A stretch of DNA of 63,579 bases, counting the filler, from Pirum gemmata (taxonomy: Eukaryota), in NCBI GenBank assembly GCA_002812295.1. It is 22 parts of 22 records of this genome, joined end to end, with 100 filler letters (N's around TTAATTAATTAA, not from the genome) between each part and the next. Parts side by side here need not be neighbours in the genome. Positions count along the whole stretch, not along the records: positions 21,868 to 24,576 come from PDIN01004987.1; positions 24,677 to 27,354 come from PDIN01004988.1; positions 27,455 to 30,147 come from PDIN01004989.1; positions 30,248 to 32,933 come from PDIN01004990.1; positions 33,034 to 35,719 come from PDIN01004991.1; positions 35,820 to 38,489 come from PDIN01004992.1; 16 more parts are not named here. One strand, 5' to 3'. This document shows, in pieces, positions 23,641 through 37,105 of the stretch. The position numbers and the translations under genes were made by a program. Every line of letters starts with the position of its first letter. Position 1 is the stretch's first letter. The notes below the pieces were generated by a model, which was not told the DNA's origin, made no database searches, and worked only from the letters and a program-made list of their open reading frames with translations.

Positions 23641-25754
23641 TCGTGTTTTCATTTATTTTGTCACTCTGAATATTTATTTGGAGGGTTATAATATTTAAAT
23701 AGACATTTTTAAATAAGTAAATATATAATAAAAGACACCAAATTAAATGAAATGGTTCATATTGTATTAATTTGGTACTATTCATTGTGTAGAGGCTTAC
23801 TCCTAATGCTAGAAATAGACCACTAGACCAGGATTGGGTCTGGCTAGAATAACAAATGCGGATGCGAAGCACAACTCCACAAAAACACCAATTTCAGTTA
23901 GTCAATTTCAGCCAATATCAGCTTATATTTTTGGACTTCTTTGATCATATATAGGTTTTGTAATTATGTTCATTTTTTTTGTTTTTTTATTATTTTTTGT
24001 AAACAATAAACAACATAATATTACCGTAATGTCATAATAATTCTTGGTTTTACCATAGTTTTTTTTTAAAACATAATGCTATACAATAACCAAATAGTGA
24101 TATAAAATAACACGATAATAGACTAATAACACTAATACCAACAATAATAATGATAGCTAAATCACAATAATTATTAATTAATTATAATACAGTATACGTA
24201 GCTAAAATACAGAAAAAAATAGTATCAAGAAATTCTTATTTAGAAGTAAACCAAAAAGTGTAGGAACAGTAGAATATAAAGAAGAACCAATATGCTTTTA
24301 TTATGAAGATAATGAAATAATAAATACTAATAATAATGATAATAATAATAGAAATAATAATAACAACGTTCTCATTAACTGAGTGTCAAATCTACTAAAA
24401 GTTCTCTCCGTCAATAATTCAATAATTTCAGAATTAATTAACTGAAACTAAAGGGTCAATAATAATAATAACCTAATAATAATAATAATAATAATATAAT
24501 AATAGTAATAATAATGATAAATAGAAAATGTAAAAAATAGGACAAACTATCATATAAAAAAAAAAAAAAAAAAAAANNNNNNNNNNNNNNNNNNNNNNNN
24601 NNNNNNNNNNNNNNNNNNNNTTAATTAATTAANNNNNNNNNNNNNNNNNNNNNNNNNNNNNNNNNNNNNNNNNNNNTAATAATTAAATAATAATAATAAT
24701 AATAATGGGTGTCTAGGGTCTGAGGGGGGTAAAAAAAAAAAACAATAAAGGTAGTTACAAAAATTTGTACAAATGAACAAAAAATCATAATATCATAAAA
24801 TACAAAGTAAGAAATTTTCAGGATCATATTGAGATCAACGACAAACAACAATTTCTTTTTTCTGACTTTCTTTCCGCTTTTTTCTTTCTTTCTTCCTTTT
24901 CATTCTTGTTTTCTTTCTTTTCTGATTTTTGGTTTTTGGTTTTTACCACACATATATACACTACATTTATTCTACTTCATTACCGTCCAAAACATTTAAT
25001 TGTTTTCGTTTTTCAAACTTTGTACCAACTATTACTCGTATTTTTTTTTTTACCTTTTTGATTTCAGGCAAAAAATAAAAATAAAAATAAAAAATAGTGG
25101 TAAAAGCAATATATAAAATTCAGTATAGACCATGCAAAAAAACAAACTAAAAAAAAAGTGAAAAACAAATCCAACATTTGATAATCAATAAATTAATCAA
25201 ACTAAATTAAAATCAGCGTTATCTTAAAAAAAAGACGAACGAACATAGTTGGAATGTGACTAAGTCTGGAAAGTATAGACCAATTTAGTTGTGTATTTTT
25301 ATAGAAATAAAACAAGCACACACTGGAATTACCACTTTGTCTTAGTCGAAAAGAATATTTTTACTTTTCTTGTTAATTTCGAAACTGTTGAATCGTAATC
25401 TAAAACTAACATAATAATTTAGACCCGCTTGAGCTGCAGTTCCTTAATGGATTTTAATTCTTTTTTTCATTGTTAATCGCAAAGTTCATACTGATTTTTA
25501 TATGTTTAATATTTTACTCTTTTCTTATCGTTTTTTTTCTTTCTCTTTTTTTACTTTTTCTTTTTTTCTTGAAAAAAAAAAGGGGGAGGGAAATAATAGA
25601 AAACAATTTAAAGAATAAAAAGAAAAGTGAAAAATAATTAATTTACGGGAGATAAAAAAAATAAAATCGTGCAACTGTAAAAAATGTTAAAGGAATCAAA
25701 ATACCCTTTTTCCAAACATAACAAAGAAAGAAAGAAAACTGAAAAAAAAAAAGA

Positions 25755-25834
<80 letters not shown>

Positions 25835-27558
25835 AAATAATAATCACAAAAAGATAAGTTGCAGTCTCAGTCCTTTTACTAAAAAACATCATTAAATTCC
25901 GAATTTGTAGAAAATAGTATCATTGAATATTAATATGTGAAATATTTTTTAAAACCGAAAACAAAATTAAAAAGGATTCGCTAATAATCAATAACTACAT
26001 CCAATATAAATATGCAATTACCTTAAGAAATCAGGTTTTCATTGTCCTCAACTTATAACGTAGACCATTATTCATTTATAAAACAAATTGCCAAAAAAGA
26101 AGCATATCAGACAGGTTTGTATTTATTATTATTTTTTCTCCAAACAGAAATCAGCATAAAATAAATAAATAAATAAAAAAAATGATGAAATTGACCCTAA
26201 GTGACAAATTTGGCACCAGAATTGGGTATTAATTATAAAAATAAATAAAAGCCTAAAAAATAAAACAATAATTGAACCATCAATACCCATAAAATATGAA
26301 ACAAGCTGCCCAGATTAACAACAACAGCAAATTTACTTACAGCATTCCGAAAGTCCCAGGTAGATAAAACAGTTCAAATATATTAGTATTCTAATGAGGT
26401 TGTAATGTCGATTTAAACGCAATGAATATGTAAACATTGGTGTTAAGTATTCAATAAAAATTATATATAGTAAGATGGTATGAATTTAACTTGAGACTAA
26501 AGAAAACCGCCAGTTTTAATTTGCATTTTGAACATTTTCCTATTCTTAATTTGGAGAAGACGTTACTTTTTTAACATAATTACTACATCTACACGCCTCT
26601 CCCCATAAGCTATAACCCTGGCCCTTTCCCTATACTATAACCCTGTTCCAAACCCCATAACTTCAATCCTAACCTCGTAAATTGAACCCTAACCTCATAA
26701 CTTGCTATTTATTCAACATTTCAACCTCATTATCAAAATACTCGTATACGTGTAGTGTAAAATTGTAATTTTTGTTGTAAAGTAAAAAAACTAGTCTTAT
26801 AATATTTATAACAAATAAAAAATAGAGCTATGGACATATTTATCCTAAAAGTTTAAAAAATGGATTCTAAAAGTAAAAAAAAAAATAGTACAAACGTATC
26901 ATAGAAAAAAAACTGAAAAACAAAACTGAAAAAAAAAAACAAAATCGAAAAATCGAAAAATCGAAAGTGAGTAAAAGGGCCACGTGGTAAATAAAGGTGC
27001 CCCATGATAGTCTACTTCCATTCATTGCCTTTTTTAATAATCTTTCGCGACTTAAATGCCCTTTCATAAGCATTTTATATTTAAATCATGCCCTCAAAGA
27101 AAACCCAAAAAAGAAAAAGGAAAAAAAAAATTGAAAGAAAAAGTATGCATATGAAAAAGTGCACTCACTTTCATGCTTTTAAATTAATTAAAAATTCCAG
27201 ACTCTACCTGCCGACTCTACTAGAGCTAGCTAGGCTAGCTAGTAGCTCGGTGGTCTACTGAAAAAAAAAAAAAAAACGAAAAAAACAAAAAAATTATCCC
27301 ATCCAAGGCTACAAAAGTGCTACAAACTACAAACTACAAACTACAAACTACAAANNNNNNNNNNNNNNNNNNNNNNNNNNNNNNNNNNNNNNNNNNNNTT
27401 AATTAATTAANNNNNNNNNNNNNNNNNNNNNNNNNNNNNNNNNNNNNNNNNNNNTTATTTATTTATTTATTTTATTTGTTTTATTTGTTTATTTATTTAT
27501 TTGTTTGTTTGACTGATTATAAATGTATGATAAAGTGTTGTTTTTTGTATTAAATAAA

Positions 27559-28353
27559 TTACGACTTTTTGTTTGATGAAAACATACTATTTCCATCACA
27601 TCTTCCTGAATAATTATCATTGGAGTTGATATATTTTTGCATATTTGGTCTGCTTTCAACAATTGATGTAAATGCTTTACAAAGTGGACCAGCCAATTGA
27701 TTATACTCGGATGGAAACTGCAAAGAACAGTTATGTAATACTTGATAAATAGCAAAATCAGCATATGTAATATAATCACCAAAAATATAAGAGGAGGAGG
27801 AGGAGGATGGTTTGTCATTATTATTATTATTATTATTATCTTTTTTATTATCCTGCGAATATTTTAATAATTTTTCAAAATAATTTAACCATTTATTCAT
27901 TCTTCCTTTAGGCTTTTTAAACTCTTCAATAGCTTCGATGACAATTGGTTCCTTATCTTGTTCATAATAACTCTTTTTATTTTTTAACGCATGGAATGGA
28001 TCTCGTCCATCACTTTGAAAATCAAGAGCGGATAATAAATAAGATTTACAAAGAGCTTTCTCTTCTATTGTACTTGGTGTATATCCAAGTTTTTCACCTA
28101 CAAATTCAACTATGGCTGGAGTTTGGGTCAAAACAAAATCATCACCATTTTTTAAAATCGGAGGAGCAAAAATAGGTGCCCCACGACCAAAATCAACACC
28201 ATCACTAAATGCTTCTGTCATTGCGTACATATCACGATTGTGTATCTCATAATCAACACCAGCATCTTCGAACATGATTTTGATGTATTCAGAGCGCATT
28301 CCCCCTGAAGTATGGTATAACAGTTCCCATTTGCTATCTTTATTTAAATTTGA

Positions 28354-28356
<3 letters not shown>
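27559..28356 (-). CDS. Glutathione S-transferase family protein, intronless, ~265 aa
   Basis: True start is probably the ATG at 28356, after a poly-A run. Motifs WELLYH...RSEYIKIMFEDAGVDY, PIFAPPILK..DFVLTQTPAIVEFVG, and C-domain YIFGDYITYADFAIYQVL...VESRPNMQKYINS. Confidence 0.9.
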
Positions 28357-28414
<58 letters not shown>

Positions 28415-30529
28415 ATATGCATATGATTTTTATTTTTATGGTTTATGATAATATTTTTGTTTATATAATAAATATTATTATTATCTGATAATTAAAAAAA
28501 AATTTTTTTTAAAAATAATTTATTTATTTGTAGATCTAGAGTAGATCTAGCTAGTCTAAATCTCCTTTAGTTTTTTTTGTCATCATAAATATACAATAAA
28601 GGGTACCAAATTCATATTATATAAATCCATTTAATTTAATTTTCTATATTTAATTATCTATTTATTCATTTAAAAATATCAATTTAAAAATTATAACCTA
28701 CCAAAAAATGTTCAGGGTGAGTAAAAAATTTTTTTTTTAGACTTAGGAATTTGGTAGTCTTTTGGGATGTTTGAAGTTTGAACCGATGTCACTTATTCTT
28801 TGATAGAAGTCATTGCCAGAAAGTGTGACTTAAACTGTTTTAGGCAGTAATTAAATATAAAAATGAACTTTAAAATTATGACCAAAAGTGTTTTGGGCAA
28901 AGAGGCATAGGTAACTGTAATAACTGTAATAATAATATAGCAATGTCACTTATAGGGGATACAGCCATACAAAAGGCTTCTCGAGTTGTTTTCGAGCCTT
29001 AATAAGTTCGAAAATTTTAAGCTAACAGTTAAGTATTCAAATATATTTATTTATTTATAAACCCGAAAAAATGGAAAAAATAACTTTTCGAACAGGTCTT
29101 GAATTTGGCTTTTTTTTTTNAATTGGAGTTTTCGGGTTCGAGCTGAAATTGGGAGCATCCTGTTACGTAATCTTACCTATGCCTCTTTGCCCAAAACACT
29201 TTTGGTCATAACTTTAAAGTTCATTTTAATAATTGAATACTGCCTAAAACAATTTAAGTCATACTTTCGAGCAATGACTTTTATCAAAGAATAAGTGATG
29301 TCCTTTATTCGTATAAATATCGTGATTTTCATTTTTTTAAAAGCACTATATTTTAAAATAATTAATAAAATAATAATTTTATTTTTGATAATAATAAAAT
29401 TATCATGATAATTAATTATGTTATTTGAAACAATCATTGGTTCGTTATCATTCACAGTTCCTATGATAATTTTACTCGTTGATAATATTGTTCACGTTGC
29501 TTGATGAATTTATACTATACTAAACGCATTCGAAAAAAACTTCACATATCGTGCAATATTATCATAGACCGAGCTGTCTATGTAATTTTCCCAATACATA
29601 TACATAATACTCAGTCCCTAACCCTAACCCCAAGAGAGTGATGTAACACCAACTTCCGGTCAAATACAGCTTCAAATACCCCTACATTACGTACCACTGG
29701 ACGTTAATGGTCATTCGTGAAAAGTGTAACAACGTTAACATTGGAATGAATTATAATATTGTGCTTTTCATTTATTTTGTCAATCCGAATATTAATATTT
29801 ATTTGGTTATTTATAATATTAATTAAAATTGATTCTTTTAAATAAATAATATATTATAATAAAATATACCAAACTAAATAAAATGGATTTATATTATAAT
29901 AATTTTATACTATTTATTGTTTATTTTATGACGACAAAATAACTGAAAAGCACGATAAATTCATCGAGCGTTTGTAGATGGTTCGTAGGTTATCATTCAC
30001 AGTTCCTAATAATTGTGTTCGTAGGTTATAAATTATCATTCACAGTTCCTAATTTTACTTGTTGATGACATTTATTTGTTTATATAATAATAATAATGAT
30101 AAAGATAATGATATTGAAAATGAAAATAATAATAATAATAATAATAANNNNNNNNNNNNNNNNNNNNNNNNNNNNNNNNNNNNNNNNNNNNTTAATTAAT
30201 TAANNNNNNNNNNNNNNNNNNNNNNNNNNNNNNNNNNNNNNNNNNNNAATAATAATAATAATAATAATAATATGTTCCCACTAACTAGTTATCTTATCTG
30301 CGTAAGATACCCCCCTATCACAATTCTCTGTGCTACCAGAAGACGACGTACCAAACCCAAAAAATTATTTCTAACATGCCAAGCACTACTAAAAAAGATA
30401 GTCATTAACCCAACCCTAACCCCAACCCCAACCCTAACCCCAACCCCAACCCTAACCTAACCCTGATCCTAAACCTTACCCTAACCCTAACCTATAAATT
30501 CCTTACAACTTTCATTAATAAAAATGTTT

Positions 30530-30564
<35 letters not shown>

Positions 30565-30607
30565 AGTACACATACTAATCCTAATCCTAATTCCAATATT
30601 TATCCAG

Positions 30608-31774
30608 AAAAAATATGCAACACAGGAAATATGGTTTTGGAAAGTAAAATTTTCAAAGGGTGTACCCGACTTGATCAATTCAACGCTGAACAAAATCTCG
30701 AATGCATGATTGCGGCCGATGAGTATTACAGCAAACAGCGATTAGAACCACCTGGCTCGAGGGCTTCTTGGAATGCTCGAGACCAGCATATGATGACAAC
30801 CATAATTAGGTATCTTGAACTTTATTTTTTGTATCCCTTTGATTTTATTTGGGTATTTTAAAATGAACAATTAGTGTTTTTTTTTATTGGAAGAATATGA
30901 TGGCAACTATAATTAGGTTTCATGAATTTTTTTTTGTGTCCCTTTGATTTTATTTGGGTAATTTGAAATTAACAATTGGGGGGCTTTTTTTTTATTGTAA
31001 GAATATGATGGCAACTATAATTAGGTTTCATGAATTTTTTTTTGGGTCCCTTTGATTTTATTTGGGTATTTTGAAATTAAAAATTAGCGTTTTTTTTTTT
31101 ATTGTAAGAATATGATGGCAACTATAATTAGGTTTCATGAATTTTATTTTTTGTGTCCCTTTGATTTTAGTTGGGTATTTTGAAATTAAAAATTAGCGTT
31201 TTTTTTTTATTGTAAGAATATGATGACAACTATAATTAGGTATCTAGAATTTTATTTTTCGTGTCCCTTTGATTTTAGTTGGGTATTTTGAAATTAAAAA
31301 TTAGCGTTTTTTTTTATTGTAAGCATATGATAACAACCATAATTGGGTATCTTGAATTTTATTTTTTGTGTCCCTTTGATTTTAGTTGGGTATTTTGAAA
31401 TTACAATTGGCGTTTTTTTTATTGTAAGCATATGATGACAACCATAATTAGGCATCTTGAATTTGGGTATTTTGAAATTAACAATTGGCGTTTTTTTTTG
31501 TAAGAAACTTGACATGAAAAAATAGTAAAATAGCTAGAGTTTAGAAGGGTTCTCAAAAAAATAGTTAATTTGTATCAGGAAAATTATATATAGTGAGAAT
31601 TGAGTACTTTTAATATATATACCCCCCCCCCGGTATATATATATATATATATTATATTAAAGATAGCACAAAAGAAACAGAACTAATACATAGTAAACGC
31701 CAACGCCAACCCCAACCCCTAGTAATAATAACGAACGCACCACCACCACCACCGCCACCATCACTAACAACAGC

Positions 31775-31813
<39 letters not shown>

Positions 31814-32352
31814 AATAAAGCAAAAACCGATTTTAAATGTGTTATATGTACGTTGCGTGTTTAGGTTGTCTTCAAATTCGAAACAATTATTTGACGAAGT
31901 AAAAATGAAATCAATTGTATGGGCCCATAACTCGCACGTGGGTGATGTTACTGCTACTCCAATGGGTGGAGAAAATTTTGAACGGAATGAAAAATGGAAT
32001 CTTGGGCAAATGTGTAGAAATAACGAAGACACAATAGGGAAAACCTGGATTATAGGTTGTTAAATAAGTGTGAAATTATATTAATAATACGGACCCTAAC
32101 CCTAACCCCAAACCTAACCCTAACCCTAACCCTAACCCTAACCCTAATCCTAACCCTAACCCTAACCCTAACCCTAATCCTAATCCTAACCCTAACCCTA
32201 ACCCTAACCATTAACCATTAACCATTAACTCTAACCCTAACATGCAAAAGGTTTTTATACATACAATGGTGAAGTACGTGCCGCCAAGGAATGGGGAGAT
32301 GAAGGCGAAGTGATGGCTTTGCAAAATGCAATGGATTATTCCTTTGAATCTC
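30608..32352 (+). CDS. Erythromycin-esterase-family protein, three internal exons
   Basis: Exons 30608-30809, 31865-32055, 32251-32352 join in frame: FNAEQN..AADEYY..SWNARDQHM..KSIVWAHNSHVGD..NLGQMCR..IIGFYTYNGEVRAAKEWG..SFES. WN.RD.HM and VWAHNSH.GD are family motifs. Confidence 0.88.
30786..31505 (+). repeat. ~107-bp tandem repeat (about 7 units) spanning an exon/intron donor
   Basis: Units start near 30786, 30892, 31000, 31106, 31214, 31322, 31427. Each contains ATATGAT..CAAC.ATAATT.GG and CCCTTTGATTTTA-like blocks. Confidence 0.92.
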
Positions 32353-33112
32353 GTAATTGTCTCCACATCTCCACATTGTCAATCTTAAACACTAAACCCC
32401 AATTATAACCATTGACATACTCCCCCCTACACACCTAATTCACTACCACTAAATCCTTAACGTTAACCCTAACCTTAATGCTGACCTTAACCCTAACCTT
32501 AATACTGGCCTTATTCCTAACCTTAATGCTGACCTTAATCCCAACCTTAATCTTGACCTTAAACCTAAACCTAAACCTAAAACTAAACCTAACCCTTACC
32601 TTAATCCTGATCTTAACCCTAACCTTAACCCTGACCCTGACCCCAACCTTAACCCTGACCTTGACCATAGCCTTAATCTTAACTTTAACCCTAACCTTAA
32701 TCCTGACCTTAACCCTAGCCTTAGCATTGATTCTAACCCCTTACCATAAATATTGGCTTTTATCATAACCTTAACCCTAGCCTTAGCATTGATCCTAACC
32801 CTAACCTTGACATAAATCTTAACCCTAATCTTGGCATTGACCCTCAGCCTAAGTCTAAGCCAAACTGAAGCCTAAGCCTAATCCTAAGCCTAAGCCTAAT
32901 CCTAATCCTAAGCCTAAGCCTAAGCCTAAGCCTNNNNNNNNNNNNNNNNNNNNNNNNNNNNNNNNNNNNNNNNNNNNTTAATTAATTAANNNNNNNNNNN
33001 NNNNNNNNNNNNNNNNNNNNNNNNNNNNNNNNNGATTTAATTTGATACCAAAATTTTACCAAACGGGGTTTCAAGAATTTCCCAATTATTATAGGGTTGT
33101 TTTTGGACCGAC

Positions 33113-33152
<40 letters not shown>

Positions 33153-34246
33153 TTCTCCAAATGTTCTCGAAAATTTTAACATGAGATCTAGCTAGGGAGT
33201 CGAGACACAACAATTATCGACTCATAGTTCTCATGCATACGTAACAGTTTACGTAACAGATGTCCAGACAAATGCTTTTTTTCCTAAAAAATTTAAAGTC
33301 CTGTTTTCCTTATTATAAAAAGGAGGAACAGTTGGTTACAATTATATATATAGTTTTAATTATAGGTCTAATTTGTTGATTTGTTTGGTATAATAAGTTC
33401 TTCTGTTTTTGATCATCTTTTCCCATTCAGTTTGTGTTATGTAATATTCCAAAGATTGTTGAGGTTGTTATCATTAAAAATTTTTGCTTTGAGGTTTTTT
33501 TACTACTCTCCTGTTTGTCATAATCAATTGTAGATTCCAACTATTTGAAGGTGTTAATAGTAGTTTGGACCAGGAGTATATATATATTTCTATTATAGTT
33601 TTTGTTTTTTGTTTTTTTTTGATATTTCATTGCATTGTTGGGTGAATAAAGATTTTTTGTTTCTGTTGATGTTTTGATCTATAGCAAATGTTGCATTATG
33701 TTGGTGTTTAACATCCTTCTCTCCTTGCTAGCTAGCTATGCATAGAGTCTTCGGTAGGGTACACTTGGGAAAGGGGTTCTGAGGGAAGGGACCTGTATGA
33801 TAGTATTAATAGCAAGCATAAACCAAACAATTGCATTATTATTAGTGTTAAATAAGTGTGTATATGTAAAATTTATATTATGATTAAAAGAATATGATAG
33901 TAATTAATAAAAGTAAATGTTGTGTGTTGATTATTTGAAAAGTATTAGTGATTTGAATTTTTAAATTTTTTTTTTTTTTTTTTTTTTGGGGGGGGGGGGG
34001 TAGTTACAACTCTGGGTTTATCAATATAGGGAACTTTCCAATTGCTTTCCAATTGTAACAAATTGTATGGAAATTAAATTATAACAGTTCAAACTTCATC
34101 CAAGCAGAGGTGCCCAAAATTTAAAACTGGAAGCTGAGTTGACCAGTGAGCTAAGTACCAGCTCCTGTGAACAAACTACTATTGATAGAGTGAACAAACA
34201 CTGCCACACTTGGTCTTAGTGAGTCTTTTTTTTTTAAAAAAAAGTA

Positions 34247-34421
34247 TCGTGCCTTTCATTTATTTTGTCACTTCCGAATATTTATTTGGAGGGCTATAAT
34301 CTTTAAATTGACATTTTTAAATAAATATATAGATAATAAAATATACCAAATTAAATTAAATGGATTTATATTGTATTAATTTGGTACTATTTTATGATGA
34401 CAAAATAACTGAAAAGCGCTA
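34247..34421 (+). mobile_element. MITE-like family B (~180 bp), the most abundant family here
   Basis: Inverted ends T(C/A)GTGCTTTTCA.TT.TTTTGTCA / TGACAAAA.AA.TGAAAAGCAC(G/T)A. Full or partial copies at ~10940-11095, 21870-22143, 22770-22900, 23641-23790, 28570-28720, 29759-29955, 36450-36570, 41190-41268, 53678-53830, 54355-54512, 54578-54761, 62181-62335, 62825-62981. Confidence 0.85.
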
Positions 34422-37105
34422 TGATATAAAAAACGGACCAACATCGTCCCTGGGCTTCGGTCAGCACAAATTGAGCCAATGTAGTCTATGAATGATATTA
34501 TTTCCATTCTCAAACAAGCTCAAACAATAACATTATTATAATAATATCATAGACAAATAAAATTTTTGTTTTTTTTTTAAATAATTCTCTTGATTAGTCT
34601 ATATTTACAACTTAACCATTACAGCTAATCAAATGGCTAGTATACTTAGTAGACCAGTCTAGTACCTAGCTAGCTAGCTAGCAGTAGTAGCTATCATAGC
34701 TATCATATCATAGCTAGCTAGTAGCTAGCTAGTAAGTAGGTAGACCAAGGACCAAGTGTAGACCACTAGTCTAGACTAGCTAGCTAGAGTACACACGTAG
34801 TAGGGTTAGGGTTAGGGTTAGGGTTAGGGTTAGGGTTAGGGTTAGGGTTAGGTCCCTACTACTACTGCTATCGGATACTACCTATCATACGATACTACAA
34901 CTAGCCAGGAGGCTGCTCTACAAGCTAGCAAGGAATCTGGATTGGAATTTTTTTTTTTGTATGATAGCAGTAGGGGTGAGATGACGTCATTTTATTATTA
35001 CCGAACAGCTGCCGGAACTTTTCCGTTTTTTATGGTTTTTATTACTATTAATGTTAATATTATTACTTTAATTGGTATCTACTATAATTAGTTATACTAT
35101 TTTAAGCNTTTTAAGCTATTTAACTGCTATTATTAGTAAGGAACACGGGACTAAGGTTGGCTCGATAAGCATCTGTTCGAAAAAAGTTCCAGTAGATATC
35201 TCACCCCTACTATGATAGCTATGATAGCCATGACAGCAGTAACAGTGCAGTAACTCACTAGTAACTCAGCAGTATGACAGCAGTATGCTACTATAGCTGC
35301 TACTATACTGCTATACTACTGCTATCATAAAAGAGTTCTAACCACTAAGAGTCTACTAAGTTAGACTAGCTAGCTAGCTAGCTAGCTAGTGTTAGACACT
35401 TGTTAGTTAGACTTTTAATTAATAACTATCATAGCTAGTAGCTAGACTAGACTAGTAGCTAAGTAGGATTAGCTAGTCTAGCTAGCGATTTTCCTGTGCT
35501 CCTACATGAGAGTCATCAGGTGTACACTGTGTGTGTCAAGTTGAACTTTCAACTCAAACTTTTGAAGTAGTCTTTATTATTATTATTATTATTATCGTAT
35601 TATTTTATTATTATTATTTTAACATCATCAACACCATCACCTTTTGTTTATTATTATTATTTATTATTATTATTTATTATTGTTATTTATTATTATTATT
35701 TATTATTATTATTATTATTNNNNNNNNNNNNNNNNNNNNNNNNNNNNNNNNNNNNNNNNNNNNTTAATTAATTAANNNNNNNNNNNNNNNNNNNNNNNNN
35801 NNNNNNNNNNNNNNNNNNNTTTATTTATTTAATTTATTTATTTATTTATATTTATTTAGTTATTTAGTTATTTAGTTATTAAAAGAAAGCTAATGAAGTT
35901 TTATTTATTTATTTATCTATCTATTTATTTATTTATATTTATTTAGTTATTTAGTTATTATTAAAAGAAAGCTAATGAAGTTTCACCTACAAAACATTTA
36001 TAAATGTAACTTGACTTCTTCCGTTGTTAACCTATTTTTTATCAAACCTATTATTAATATTAATACAATAATATTTCTTTGAAGGGTCAATTGTTTCTTT
36101 CGCTCATATCTCCAATGGACCATAATTACTTTGAAGATGATTATTAAGACAACTATATAATACACGACTTTATACTATTATTAAAGACTACCGTAGTCAA
36201 TGAAGCTAAATAAAGTTGAACAACTACTGGGAGATACAAGATCCTAATTATTTTAAGTAAAAATAGTGACAATTTTGAAATGATATTCTTTTTTTTGTCG
36301 AGTGTCGGCGAGAGTTTTTTCTTGTGAAATTTCACGGCCAACTAAAGACATTTTTATATTTTTATCATAAGTCAAAATTTAAAATTAGATCGAAAATTTG
36401 TTAAGATTTCGAATTTGTCTCGATTCGATGGTTTTTCCTTCATCTACATATACAATAAAGAGTACCAAATTAATACAATATAAATCCATTTTATTTAATT
36501 TGGTATATTTTATTATACATTTTTGTTAATTTAATAATGCCAATTAAAAATTAAAACCAACCAAATAAACTATCATACTTTTTCTTTAATCTAGATTTTA
36601 TTTCAGTTGTTTGTTTGTTTATAGTCTAAATGTAGATAGACTACAAACAAAGTTTTTTTTTTATTTTTTTTAAAAACAAACAACACCACAACACCACACA
36701 ATAAAATATCATAGAATAATAAGAATAAGAATAATAATAATAAATAATTTTGTTATGCAAAAAAAAAGATACAAAACAGAAATATACTTTACTTGAAATA
36801 TGCATTGTATATAAAATGCTACACCATGGCAACGTATTAGTAATATCATAAACACAAGTAAAAGAATTAAAAAGGTGGTGCAATATTTTATATATTCTAA
36901 CTTGGAAAATAATTGAATTAGTTCCGCTTAGTTCCGCTTTGTTACAATTATGGTGACTACCCGGTATTGTGCTTATTATGCGATCCATTAAAAAAGAAAC
37001 ACTCACCCACACAAGTCCTACACGTACTCACCCAACCACACTCAACCCACCCACACCCACATCCATCCCTCCACACCCACACCCACACCACCCATCCACG
37101 CAAAT

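Noticed and set aside
24290..24450. Possible terminal exon with a hydrophobic tail on the minus strand (FQLINSEIIELLTERTFSRFDTQLMRTLLLL...)
   Set aside because: Short, partly made of (TTA)n repeat, and with no recognisable homology.
28357..28422. Poly-Lys N-terminus of the 287-aa ORF
   Set aside because: A translated homopolymer A run; the GST-like sequence starts at the ATG at 28356.
35985..37012. Possible small spliced gene divergent from Josephin
   Set aside because: Candidate exons could not be joined into a consistent, recognisable protein.
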